Source: Tortispora ganteri (taxonomy: Eukaryota). From it: a DNA stretch of 64,000 nt. The translations under genes and the position numbers were made by a program. The stretch is from NCBI GenBank assembly GCA_003707115.1, contig PPNB01000011.1, positions 186,001 to 250,000 on the forward strand. Direction: 5' to 3'. The notes below the pieces were generated by a model. The model saw only the letters and a list, made by a program, of their open reading frames with translations. It was not told the origin of the DNA and did not search any database. Position 1 is the stretch's first letter. Each line of letters begins with the position of its first letter. Positions 1 to 9,519 of the stretch are shown in pieces.

Positions 1-1
1 T

Positions 2-310
2 GACGCTACTAGGCGTACATCAAAGAACAGACGACGAGAAGAACGAAAGCGCGCGCGTGGAAAGAAAGGATCGGCGTACGAGGAAGAATATCTTGTCAAT
101 TCACTAGGCAGACTTTTCGCTCGTGTAGAAGACACACGTAAAGACGTGAATTCGTTGATTGAAGCTTTAGTACGTGTTGCCGAAGTAGATAAAGCTCAAA
201 AGATACAAAAATTGATGGTGGAGTTGATATCTACTCTTAACGCTAGAACTAGTGATCTTGAACAGCCACTGATGCAAGATTTCCAAGGTCTAAAGATCTT
301 GGATTTTTAA
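2..310 (+). CDS. ELP1: Elongator subunit Elp1/Iki3, 3' end (gene starts before the window)
   Basis: Not in the ORF track. Manual translation of frame +2 gives ...RRTSKNRRREERKRARGKKGSAYEEEYLVNSLGRL...KILDF*, the basic C-terminal motif of Elp1. Stop TAA at 308-310. Confidence 0.9.
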   Translation, partial: DATRRTSKNRRREERKRARGKKGSAYEEEYLVNSLGRLFARVEDTRKDVNSLIEALVRVAEVDKAQKIQKLMVELISTLNARTSDLEQPLMQDFQGLKILDF

Positions 311-350
311 TTTACTTTATTATGATTAATGATATGTTTTATGTGATTAG

Positions 351-1505
351 TTACTCCACTGGAGGGAAGTCCAGATGTTCTTCAGTAGATACTGGAGCAT
401 CACCAATACTAGTGAGTATGACTTGAGTGACAGCATCATCCAGGCCGGCAAAAAAGTCAGTGTTGTAACCGGACAAAAGAGAGGCTGAAGTATTGGTATT
501 GACCCATTTGTCGGCACATGGTACGGCTGTACGCAGCATTCCGAGAACTGCTTTCTCATCCTCCTGCTGGTAGTAGATGACACAATTTGGGCCTGCATCA
601 AACGTATATGCAGCTATTATCTTGCCAGCGGCCCTGTTGAGCTCTTCGACGGCGCGAATGGCTTGCCTAGAGGCGTCGGTCATGTAGAAGATAGGTGGCA
701 TTGAATCCAGACATACAGCATGGAATTGGTTGGAGTCGGCCATTGTGAGGGTAGCGAAAAGCTCAAAATCGTGATTCAATATGGCGTTTTTCATTTCTTC
801 GTAACGTCTAGGGACAACGTTTTGGATTCTATGTTGGAACAATGACGAAGTTTTTACAGTTGTTTGCATGCCAGATGTCGAAGATATGTCTTTCTTCTGC
901 GCCGATATGACAAGAATAGCAGCTTTTATAGTCGGCCAGTGTGATTTTGGCGCAATTTGAACTGCAAGAGAGTCTGAGCCATCATCTTTTGTGCCCATTT
1001 CCCAGCCCACGAAGCCTCCCATAAGTGACCTACAGGCAGAACCTGATCCCTGACGGGCGATACGCGAGAGTTCCTCTGGGGACTGTGGAAGCTCATAGAG
1101 GTTTGCGACGGCGCGCACAAGGGCGGCAAATCCAGCAGCGGATGATGCAAGTCCTGCAGCGGTGGGGAAATTGTTCTTGGAAAATATGTGGACATGGTAA
1201 GTAGACAGTGGAGGGAGACTGGAATTTGATTGTTCGAGCGTTGCACGCAAAGCACGCAGTTCGCGCATACATGCAGACAGCCTTGTAGATTGTTCTATGG
1301 GTTCCGGGACGCCGTTCAGGACAAGACTGTCGTCTTTGTAGGCAGGAGAAGCTGTAGCGGTGGTGTAAGCTGCCAGGTCATCTGTAGACAACGTTACGGA
1401 GATAGATGAGTTAGTGGGCAGGTTCAATTTGGTATCACGTTTGCCCCAGTATTTAAGGGTGGCAATATTGACCGGTGCCTTTGCGGAGGCGACATATACG
1501 GGCAT
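351..1505 (-). CDS. ERG19: Diphosphomevalonate decarboxylase
   Basis: APVNIATLKYWGKRD, NNFPTAAGLASSAAGFAAL, GSGSACRS and YTFDAGPN GHMP-family motifs. Confidence 0.97.
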   Translation of the reverse strand: MPVYVASAKAPVNIATLKYWGKRDTKLNLPTNSSISVTLSTDDLAAYTTATASPAYKDDSLVLNGVPEPIEQSTRLSACMRELRALRATLEQSNSSLPPLSTYHVHIFSKNNFPTAAGLASSAAGFAALVRAVANLYELPQSPEELSRIARQGSGSACRSLMGGFVGWEMGTKDDGSDSLAVQIAPKSHWPTIKAAILVISAQKKDISSTSGMQTTVKTSSLFQHRIQNVVPRRYEEMKNAILNHDFELFATLTMADSNQFHAVCLDSMPPIFYMTDASRQAIRAVEELNRAAGKIIAAYTFDAGPNCVIYYQQEDEKAVLGMLRTAVPCADKWVNTNTSASLLSGYNTDFFAGLDDAVTQVILTSIGDAPVSTEEHLDFPPVE

Positions 1506-1614
1506 TGTAGGTGTTTTAAGGCAAGAAAGGAAGCGTCCACGCGGAGGTTGGTGAGAAGGAAATAAGGTTTTTGCACGAGAAGAAGAAAAAAATAGTCTTT
1601 AGACTGAGACGTTC

Positions 1615-3351
1615 ATGATGGTTGAGGAGGATCATGCGGTTAAACGGGTGAAGACAGATGGATATACACCTGGTATTGCGCCAATCAGGAAGGAGTATTT
1701 ATTGGATCGGCCAGTTGATGATATTGTGGAGATCGACGACGACGCTGCCGAGGGTATCATCGAGGGTAAACCAGAGAAGAAGAAGAAGAAAGCTCGAGGT
1801 CAGAATAAGGCTAGAACATTTACGAATATAAGAGAGAAGATCCAGTTATGTGACAAAATTGTTAATGGTGAGGAGTGTCAATTTGGTGGATCTTGTAAGT
1901 TTGAGCACGATGTCGAAAAGTATCTGGCGAACAAGTCGCCTGATCTAGAAGGACCATGCCCCGTAGAGGCAGATCTGGGTCGTTGTAGACAAGGCGTCAA
2001 ATGCAGATGGTATTCACATCACGTTAACAAAGATATAGTACGATCTTCTAAGACAAATGAGACGAATTGGGTTTCTATGGAACAACGAGGGGCTCTATCA
2101 AAACGACAGATGGAACTCAAGCGCGCAGAAGAATATATTAAAATTGAGGAGTCCGAGGAACGTCGCGCAGAATACATTGAGACACGTCTTGCCGCTTGTG
2201 AGAAACGTACTATTGATTACGGTAGTGGAAGACTGCTTTCGCCACTTACTACAGTCGGTAACCTACCCTACAGACGTCTGATGAAAGAATTGGGTGCAGA
2301 TGTCACATATAGCGAGATGGCAATGAGTCTTCCACTTGTGCAAGGACAGCGGTCCGAATGGGCGCTGCCAAAGGCTCACAAATCTGAATTGCCACAGTTT
2401 GGGATCCAAATTGCAGCTTCAAAGATGTGGCAGGCCGTCAAAGCTACTGACGCATTGACTCAACTTTGTCCTGATATTGGTGAAATCAACCTGAATTGTG
2501 GATGCCCAATTGACCTAGTTTATAAGAACGGTGCAGGATCTGGACTGATGGATCATCCATCTAGACTGCTTAAAATACTAAATGGGATCCCGCTGATGAC
2601 TGATACTGCTCCAGCCACGGTTAAAATTAGAATGGGCGTCCGCACAAATAAACCAACTGCGCACCATCTTGTCACACGTATTGTGAAAGAGTCACCTGCT
2701 GCTGCGATCACGTTACATGGACGTTCTCGCGAGCAGCGGTATACTAAGAATGCCGACTGGGATTACATTAAAGAATGTGCAAGTATCACACAGCGCACAT
2801 ACAACGAGTTTGTTGACAGTCAAGAGGGCGCAGATAACCGACAGTATATTCGACCGGGTAAGAAGCTCTGGTTTATTGGTAATGGCGATTGTTATTCGTG
2901 GGAAGACTTTATGAATGCAACAACAGACTCAGATATTGATGGTGTAATGGTGGCACGGGGTGCTCTGATAAAGCCTTGGATTTTCGAAGAAATAGAGAGT
3001 CGCCAATACCTAGACAAATCTTCAAGTGAGAGATTGGGATACGTAAAGAAATTTGCAGAATATGGGCTAAGCCATTGGGGTTCTGACGAAATGGGTGTTA
3101 ACACTACACGAAGGTTCCTATGCGAATTTCTGTCATTTACGTACCGATATGTGCCAGTCGGTCTTCTTGAAAGACTACCGCCAAACATCCAGGACAGACC
3201 GCTGCCATGGAAAGGACGGGACGATATGGAGACGCTACTGGGCTCCGCCAATTATGAAGACTGGATCAAAATATCGGAGATGTTCCTAGGACCAGCACCC
3301 GAGACCTTCGATTTTCAACCAAAGCATAAAAGCAATGCTTACAAAACTTGA
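1615..3351 (+). CDS. DUS3: tRNA-dihydrouridine(47) synthase with CCCH zinc fingers
   Basis: LSPLTTVGNLPYRRL, NLNCGCPIDLV, HGRSREQRY, ARGALIKPWIFEEI and C-terminal PKHKSNAY. Confidence 0.96.
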   Translation: MMVEEDHAVKRVKTDGYTPGIAPIRKEYLLDRPVDDIVEIDDDAAEGIIEGKPEKKKKKARGQNKARTFTNIREKIQLCDKIVNGEECQFGGSCKFEHDVEKYLANKSPDLEGPCPVEADLGRCRQGVKCRWYSHHVNKDIVRSSKTNETNWVSMEQRGALSKRQMELKRAEEYIKIEESEERRAEYIETRLAACEKRTIDYGSGRLLSPLTTVGNLPYRRLMKELGADVTYSEMAMSLPLVQGQRSEWALPKAHKSELPQFGIQIAASKMWQAVKATDALTQLCPDIGEINLNCGCPIDLVYKNGAGSGLMDHPSRLLKILNGIPLMTDTAPATVKIRMGVRTNKPTAHHLVTRIVKESPAAAITLHGRSREQRYTKNADWDYIKECASITQRTYNEFVDSQEGADNRQYIRPGKKLWFIGNGDCYSWEDFMNATTDSDIDGVMVARGALIKPWIFEEIESRQYLDKSSSERLGYVKKFAEYGLSHWGSDEMGVNTTRRFLCEFLSFTYRYVPVGLLERLPPNIQDRPLPWKGRDDMETLLGSANYEDWIKISEMFLGPAPETFDFQPKHKSNAYKT

Positions 3352-3479
3352 ACAACATCTGTAAGGAAACAATTGAGATGAAAAATAATGAGAACCATAT
3401 AACCAGAATGAAGTTGTATAAAAAGTACAATGATAGATCGCCAATAGAACGACAGTGTAGAATAGAAGTGAAGAGTTGT

Positions 3480-4100
3480 TTACTTATCCTTGGAACTCTC
3501 GGAAGATCCACGTAATTTGGCATCAAGTTTTTTATTCTCATCGCTGAGTGATTCGTACTGTTTATTAAGTCCTTCAGATTGTTTCTTGAGAGTTTCTAGA
3601 TCAGTAATCTTCTGCTGAAGTTTCTCTTTTAGGCTCTTGATCTCGTCATCTTTTTTCTTCACCATAGAGGTAGTCTCAAAAGCAAAATTAGCGTCTTTCG
3701 TAACGGACATGAGTTTTTCCTGTAGCTCCAATTGTAGAACCACATTGGCAAATGTCCTATTGAGTACGATTGCCAGGAATAGCGTGAATCCAGTGAGGTA
3801 GAAGTTGCGCTGCGCATAGAACCTACGTGCAAGGTAATCGGTCCGGTCAGACGTTACACTGACACGTCTCTCCTCCTCTGAGGTGACGCGCACTGTCCTA
3901 TTAATCGAATCAAGAAACAAGACAACAATAAAGCCGAATACAGCTCGAGCAGTGTACTTGATGTGGGCTGAATCGACTAATTTATTGACTTGCTTCACTA
4001 TTCCTCTACGTACTTTGTCGGGAATAGGCATAACAAGCAGTAAAAATCCTACCATCTCAAATATTAGTATACCAAACACTAAAGTATAATAAATTGTCAT
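3480..4100 (-). CDS. YET3: BAP31/Yet-family ER membrane protein
   Basis: MTIYYTLVF N-terminus, three TM segments, RFYAQRNFYLTGFTLFL, C-terminal coiled coil and Lys-containing ER-retrieval-like tail. The paralogue assignment is uncertain. Confidence 0.85.
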   Translation of the reverse strand: MTIYYTLVFGILIFEMVGFLLLVMPIPDKVRRGIVKQVNKLVDSAHIKYTARAVFGFIVVLFLDSINRTVRVTSEEERRVSVTSDRTDYLARRFYAQRNFYLTGFTLFLAIVLNRTFANVVLQLELQEKLMSVTKDANFAFETTSMVKKKDDEIKSLKEKLQQKITDLETLKKQSEGLNKQYESLSDENKKLDAKLRGSSESSKDK

Positions 4101-4375
4101 TGTTTCAGTGCAATTGCTTAATGCGGTGTAGAATCGTTAGTCAAGGCGTGAGGGAACGCCATCGAGTATGTTGGATTGAAATAAACTTTTTAATTAAAGT
4201 AGGGTTAATAGGGTAAAAATGATTTGCTAAGGTATAGCGGTTATGCCAAGGCTGTGTAGGATATAGTGTTTAGCGAGATCTGACGAGATGAATATTGGCA
4301 GAAAAACTACAAGAGTAGAATATTATCGGATCAATGCATTTTATGTAGAAAAGTAAAAAAAAAAATATATGCTTA

Positions 4376-6436
4376 ATGGAGAAAAGGGGGTCGGGTGGTG
4401 GTAGTGGTGGCACCATTACCTTGGCGTTGGGGAAACGAGAGCCTATTTTGATGATGAACCACAACCATTACTTTTTAGTGAATATGGATAATAATCATAA
4501 TAATATTGAAAAGGATACTCAAAATGAGAAGATTGATGCAGTTAATGAAAATAATTTGCAGTATATAAGAAGTATATTGAAAGCAGGAAAGGAAGCTAAA
4601 GGACCAACAGAGTACGGCACTTTTATAGTCTTAGTGCTTTCACAATCAATAACCATGATAAAGCAACCTTACGTTGATAGATTATACTGGTTGAACTCTA
4701 TTTACAAGAGTTTGAAGTTGAATGATGATTTATGCAAGGCTGTTGGCTGGAAATTGTTGCCTAGGTTGATATATTTCTCTAATTCCCCTGACAAGTTCGA
4801 AAAGTTCGATGATGAAGCAGAATCTAAAGATATAACTACAAGAAATATCACTAATGCTATTGCCTTTATTACTTCTTCTAATTGTGATCCTCATATTTTT
4901 TTCCTATCACTTATAAACACTCTACAGAACCTCCAGTACGAGTACCGGTTGATGCGATCTACACTGCCGTACTACCAAAGAACAGAACACCAGAAACCGT
5001 TCGCTCATAGATTGACTCTTCTTTTTGAATGTCTTAACCGTGTGATTCCTCGGCTAGATTCTACACCTCCGTCATCTATAATTTGTTTGACCTATAATGC
5101 CTTTGTTACAGCAACCCTGCAGCTAGCTTCAGGTTGTAATCCGCGCATCTGGGGGTTATTGTTTAGACCTCTGTTTCTGTTCCTGAGAGATTTTCCGACT
5201 ATGATAAAACCCTTAATTTCTTATCTGGCACCAGATGAACTTGCTCATATTCGAAAACTACTGCAATGCGCTGCTATCAACACACAAGAGATACTCCTTC
5301 AACATCTGTCGATTCAGTGGTCTGTCCGCCACTACAACTCATCTCGTGAATCATCAATCCCCCATCTACCAAAAATTGTTCGTGAAGCTGCTCCTGTTAT
5401 AGATGATGCTCTTTTTAACAGGAGTGTAATGGTTGACATTTCTTCCAAGTATCCGATCTTAGCGCTGTCATATGATGTCGACCATAGTGTCATTCTCAAG
5501 CAGATCGTAACTCATGCTAAAGAGTTTGCGAATACCAAGAAACCGAACACTTCTTCTAGTTTATTTACTTCTGTCCCATTGTTAATAAAATTTATTAACA
5601 CTGTTTCTCCGAATAATGCTACTGAACCTACTACAGTGCCGACATTCTCCGTGCCTTCGCTCGATGAAATCGCCAAGGAAGACGAAACACTGCTCTCATC
5701 ATTCTCTGATGTGGCTATACTATTCACAATAGCCGAATACATTGCCAATTTTGGCAGTTTATCTGGCCTGAAAATACCCTGGAACGACATGGTGGATATA
5801 TGGATCTATTTCCTGCGCAATGTGCATGTACGCCAACTATGCAGTACTGTTGATGCCCTCACGACACTGCTGCTGTACTCTATTGAAACTAAAAACGCTC
5901 CGGAGGCTCTTGAAAACAAAGAAAAAGAAAAACTGGAACAGCTACTCACTATGCTGCTAAAACTTTTCACTACAAACTCCTCTAAATTGCGATTGCCTTT
6001 ACGTGCCTGCCTGCTGAATGTTATGCGACTAGTGGACAAAAGTGCTGTTATTAGTCATTTGTCAGAGACATTGAGCAACAGCGAATTGACTGAATCCGAG
6101 TCTTCAGCAGTGGCTGCACTCATAGATTGTCTGTTCATGGATGAAGACGGCGAATCGTTCTTGAATGAGTTCTCTGAAGACCAAGTGTCTAAGCTACAGA
6201 GCAGTATCCTAGCACATATGCGCGCTTATATACCGCGATCAGAGGCCAACTTTTTGCGCGTGTGGACAACTGCGTTTATGAGATTCGGACCAGCAAATAG
6301 TGACCAACTCCTTGCGGCATGCATTGATTCAGGAGACAGTGTCGATATCGAGCCTGTCAAGGAGACAATTGCGATGTTCAGCGAGCAGGTCAAGCTGAAT
6401 GCAGGTTTAAAAAATCTACAATTTAGCGAGGCATAA
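4376..6436 (+). CDS. Probable Ybp1/Ybp2 (Yap1-binding, ALF4/glomulin-like) family protein; true start may be ATG 4484
   Basis: 686-aa helical ORF. AVGWKLLPRL, STPPSSII, LFLFLRDF and SIQWS resemble, in order, the IGWDLP, TLYPSRF, VYTFCRNY and QWS blocks I recall from Ybp1. The match is divergent. Confidence 0.55.
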   Translation: MEKRGSGGGSGGTITLALGKREPILMMNHNHYFLVNMDNNHNNIEKDTQNEKIDAVNENNLQYIRSILKAGKEAKGPTEYGTFIVLVLSQSITMIKQPYVDRLYWLNSIYKSLKLNDDLCKAVGWKLLPRLIYFSNSPDKFEKFDDEAESKDITTRNITNAIAFITSSNCDPHIFFLSLINTLQNLQYEYRLMRSTLPYYQRTEHQKPFAHRLTLLFECLNRVIPRLDSTPPSSIICLTYNAFVTATLQLASGCNPRIWGLLFRPLFLFLRDFPTMIKPLISYLAPDELAHIRKLLQCAAINTQEILLQHLSIQWSVRHYNSSRESSIPHLPKIVREAAPVIDDALFNRSVMVDISSKYPILALSYDVDHSVILKQIVTHAKEFANTKKPNTSSSLFTSVPLLIKFINTVSPNNATEPTTVPTFSVPSLDEIAKEDETLLSSFSDVAILFTIAEYIANFGSLSGLKIPWNDMVDIWIYFLRNVHVRQLCSTVDALTTLLLYSIETKNAPEALENKEKEKLEQLLTMLLKLFTTNSSKLRLPLRACLLNVMRLVDKSAVISHLSETLSNSELTESESSAVAALIDCLFMDEDGESFLNEFSEDQVSKLQSSILAHMRAYIPRSEANFLRVWTTAFMRFGPANSDQLLAACIDSGDSVDIEPVKETIAMFSEQVKLNAGLKNLQFSEA

Positions 6437-6483
6437 ATAAGGAGAAAAATAAAATTCGTTAATGATAGTAATGGTATGTTTCG

Positions 6484-7002
6484 TTAGCTTTCCGAAAAGG
6501 TAAAGAATTCTTCTTGCATTCGCCTGACAAGATTTTCAAACTCTTCTTCACCGTTTTTACGTGTTCTGATCAATTTTTTAACCTCTTTTTGCGTTTTTTC
6601 TGGCAATTCAAAACCCAAAGATCTCGATCGAGCGACGGCTTTAGCGGCAAGTGCCGTTCGCATATCTTTGGATCCACCTACCAGTTCGAGCACAGCTTGC
6701 GGTGCGCTGTCGCTGAGTCTGGGTTCCATATGTAACACACGTGTATAACCACCTTTTCTATTTTTGTACCTTTCTGCAAGAGTGTTTTGCATTTTTGGAA
6801 TCACTTCATCTTGACGGAATATCTTTGCTTGAAGAAGCCGCTGCGACTCCTCGTTTGGTAAGGTCTTTGCCAGCGTGATCAGTGGTTCTATATACCGCTG
6901 AGCACGCTTTGCTTTCGCTAAAGTTGTGCATACTGACTCATGCACAATCAGTGACGTGGCTAAGTTCATGGTAGTAGCAAGTTTGACTGGTATTTTGCGC
7001 AT
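6484..7002 (-). CDS. MRPL8: Mitochondrial ribosomal protein bL17m
   Basis: NLATSLIVHESVCTTLAKAK, IEPLITLAK, RKGGYTRVL and DSAPQAVLELV. Confidence 0.92.
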   Translation of the reverse strand: MRKIPVKLATTMNLATSLIVHESVCTTLAKAKRAQRYIEPLITLAKTLPNEESQRLLQAKIFRQDEVIPKMQNTLAERYKNRKGGYTRVLHMEPRLSDSAPQAVLELVGGSKDMRTALAAKAVARSRSLGFELPEKTQKEVKKLIRTRKNGEEEFENLVRRMQEEFFTFSES

Positions 7003-7173
7003 TTTGTGTCAATCGGAGCGATTTAGTGGTGTATGAACGTTAGCCGAGAAATTGTGAGGTTCGAAAAAGGGAACAGCGGAGGTTTCTTATTGGCTGAATC
7101 TTCGGGACGGTTTACCACACCTCGTGAACCAAAACGGACAACTAATCATTCGATATATACACACAAAACGACT

Positions 7174-7470
7174 ATGAACCGTTTAGTAGGATTCTTTGCC
7201 GGCATAGGAATGGTATCATTTGTAACTCTGGAGATGTCCGACCGTATACTAACGGACAGAGCGCTGGAGTCGGCAGCTGTACGTAACAGTAACACTATTG
7301 CCATGAGAATCACAGACCCGCAAGTACGGGCGGCGGAGAACGAGTACAGGAGGAAATCTATCCAACCGCGAGAAGAAATAGTCAATGGTGGCATAAAGGA
7401 GGCATTTAAGGACTTGTGGAATCAAAAAATTTTCGAAACAGCCGAATATATCAACAATGCTTTCAAGTAG
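7174..7470 (+). CDS. Probable MICOS subunit Mic12/Aim5-like (the ORF track starts at 7033; ATG 7174 is more likely)
   Basis: MNRLVGFFAGIG TM-like start and C-terminal EAFKDLWNQKI resemble the GF(F/L)GG and KDxWN blocks of Mic12. 98 aa. Confidence 0.6.
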   Translation: MNRLVGFFAGIGMVSFVTLEMSDRILTDRALESAAVRNSNTIAMRITDPQVRAAENEYRRKSIQPREEIVNGGIKEAFKDLWNQKIFETAEYINNAFK

Positions 7471-7622
7471 AAAGAATGTTTTCCGCAGGATCGGTCAAAC
7501 GTATACAGTCCAGTTTTATCTACATGTGTACGTGTTATAAAAGTCAAATAGAATTTACAAAATTGTCATTAAATGCTTAGCGATGTAAGTAGCCCTACTG
7601 TATTCAGATAAATTTGAGTGAA

Positions 7623-7808
7623 TTAAGCAGACTCTGGTACTGCACTGGAATACTGTGAGTCTCTAATCATGAATGGCCATGCAGCAAAAAAGCCTAAACC
7701 GGCACCCCAGAAAGCAAGAGTTTGTAGTTCACGACCCAATGGTGTATGATAGCTGGGTGCTCTAACGTGGAAGCGCATAGTCTGCATCAGTGTTCGTGAA
7801 ACTCTCAT
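7623..7808 (-). CDS. Small single-TM mitochondrial protein, Cox26-like
   Basis: 61 aa with an Arg-rich, acid-free N-terminus and a W-x8-WP TM segment (FWGAGLGFFAAWPF), as in Cox26. TATA-like TATATAAA upstream on the minus strand near 7890-7897. Confidence 0.5.
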   Translation of the reverse strand: MRVSRTLMQTMRFHVRAPSYHTPLGRELQTLAFWGAGLGFFAAWPFMIRDSQYSSAVPESA

Positions 7809-8237
7809 GGTGAATTGCAGTAGTTGTAATGGTGTTTATAGTTATAGCTGTAGTAGTTAAGATAGACCCTTACGCATGCGCAAAAATGTGTTTATATATT
7901 AATCGAAACAGCAGCATCACAGTGGGGTGATTTCGTGAATTTCCCTTTAGTTTTCGATGTCATATTCGCATCTGGTGATCTTTCGAGGTATTTTAGGTTC
8001 ACGTAATTATCTTACAGCCAATAGCACACACTGAAATGGCTTAGCAGGTCCACATATGTTTGAAATTCCCATACACTTAAAGTTCAATAAACTTTAAATC
8101 AGGTTACTTTTAGAAAAGCACCTGTTTTTTTCCTCACGGGAAAGTGTTCGTGAGTTTTTTTAGACAAAAAAAGGATCAGGTTACACGGTAAAATCACAAA
8201 TTGACCGTTAGATTCCGATTAGTGCTTTTTCCCGTAA

Positions 8238-9512
8238 ATGCCCGATTCCGACAACCAACCTTTGCGGTTCCATATCAGCCCTTTGAGTGAGGGCATAATA
8301 AACAGCCCGCAGGGTCTGGAAAACCTGTTTGCTGAGTATGGATCCATTCTAGCGGGCCTAGAAGTCCATTACACTGGTGTCCAGACGGCGTTCGGTTTTA
8401 TAACGCTTAACACAACTCAGAATGGTGCTGCAAAACTTCGATCGCGTTTAAACAATGTTCGATACAAGGGTGTTACTCTGAAAGTTGATCTTGCACGTGA
8501 ATCAGCGCTCGATCTATATCGTAAATCGATCAACGCTTCATCCAGTGTAGCAGTACATGAGCACTCGAGCCTCAGATTCCCACAACGAAGTGGTTACAAG
8601 TCACTGGTGCTTGCAGGCGCTATGCGCAAATCTCCAAGAAAAAACATAAAGAAAATGTCTGTCCGCGTTCCCAAAGGTCGACGCATGATCAAGCTCCTTC
8701 CAGGATTACACAAGACCAGACTCTGGGGTATAACATCGAAGGATACGCATCATCTCACATTCTTCTTCGATAACGGAGTCTGGAAAGACGGCGAAGGCAA
8801 TGCAGTCGAATACACTCATCTCGATACGGACAACGCCGTGCAACTGAATTCATATACTGCTAAAATCTTAGATGAACTGGTTAGCAAAGACACTACGACA
8901 CAGGATGGTCCTGAACGCATTGTCCAGTTCGGAGACGATGACGAATACACTAAAATTGTTCAGTTCAAATCTAGTTCGGTTAATCAGGACCCGGACGAAT
9001 CATCTGACGAGGACGATATTGCAGATATTCTTGCACAAGCGAATCAGAAATCTCCTTCGTTGGAGGAAGACCAAACAGACAAAGAGTCTGAGTCTGATCA
9101 GATAATTGCGCCTGTGCCACAGAGAGCAGCACAAACACAAGTTCTGCATGACCTTTTCCGGCCTACAGACGACAGTTCCGTATTCACGCTATTTGGTGCC
9201 CCCTCTGTAGACGAGCCTGCAATCATACCCGTTACAAAGGCTTTGAAACATGAGGAAGAGCCCATAGATAGTGTGCCAGAGAAGATACCAGAACAGAGCA
9301 AAAAGCTGTTTTTCATTCATGCAGATTCTCCTTTCTTAGAGGCGAAGACTGTTGTTGCTGCGCTTCCACCGTTATCGAACTTCGATAAAGTCGCTTGGAC
9401 AAATGCATTTAATGAAGGCAGAGGTGAATATGTCAAGGAACTTAAAATGAGAAAACACGACGCTAAGAGGCGTGCAAGGAAGCTCAATATGGCTCAGGGA
9501 AAACTCTTCTGA
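8238..9512 (+). CDS. Nucleolar RRM protein, Nop8-like
   Basis: N-terminal RRM (RFHISPL...FGFITL...LNNVRYKGVTLKVDLA), KTRLWG motif, acidic middle and basic C-terminal helix. Confidence 0.65.
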   Translation: MPDSDNQPLRFHISPLSEGIINSPQGLENLFAEYGSILAGLEVHYTGVQTAFGFITLNTTQNGAAKLRSRLNNVRYKGVTLKVDLARESALDLYRKSINASSSVAVHEHSSLRFPQRSGYKSLVLAGAMRKSPRKNIKKMSVRVPKGRRMIKLLPGLHKTRLWGITSKDTHHLTFFFDNGVWKDGEGNAVEYTHLDTDNAVQLNSYTAKILDELVSKDTTTQDGPERIVQFGDDDEYTKIVQFKSSSVNQDPDESSDEDDIADILAQANQKSPSLEEDQTDKESESDQIIAPVPQRAAQTQVLHDLFRPTDDSSVFTLFGAPSVDEPAIIPVTKALKHEEEPIDSVPEKIPEQSKKLFFIHADSPFLEAKTVVAALPPLSNFDKVAWTNAFNEGRGEYVKELKMRKHDAKRRARKLNMAQGKLF

Positions 9513-9519
9513 ACACATT

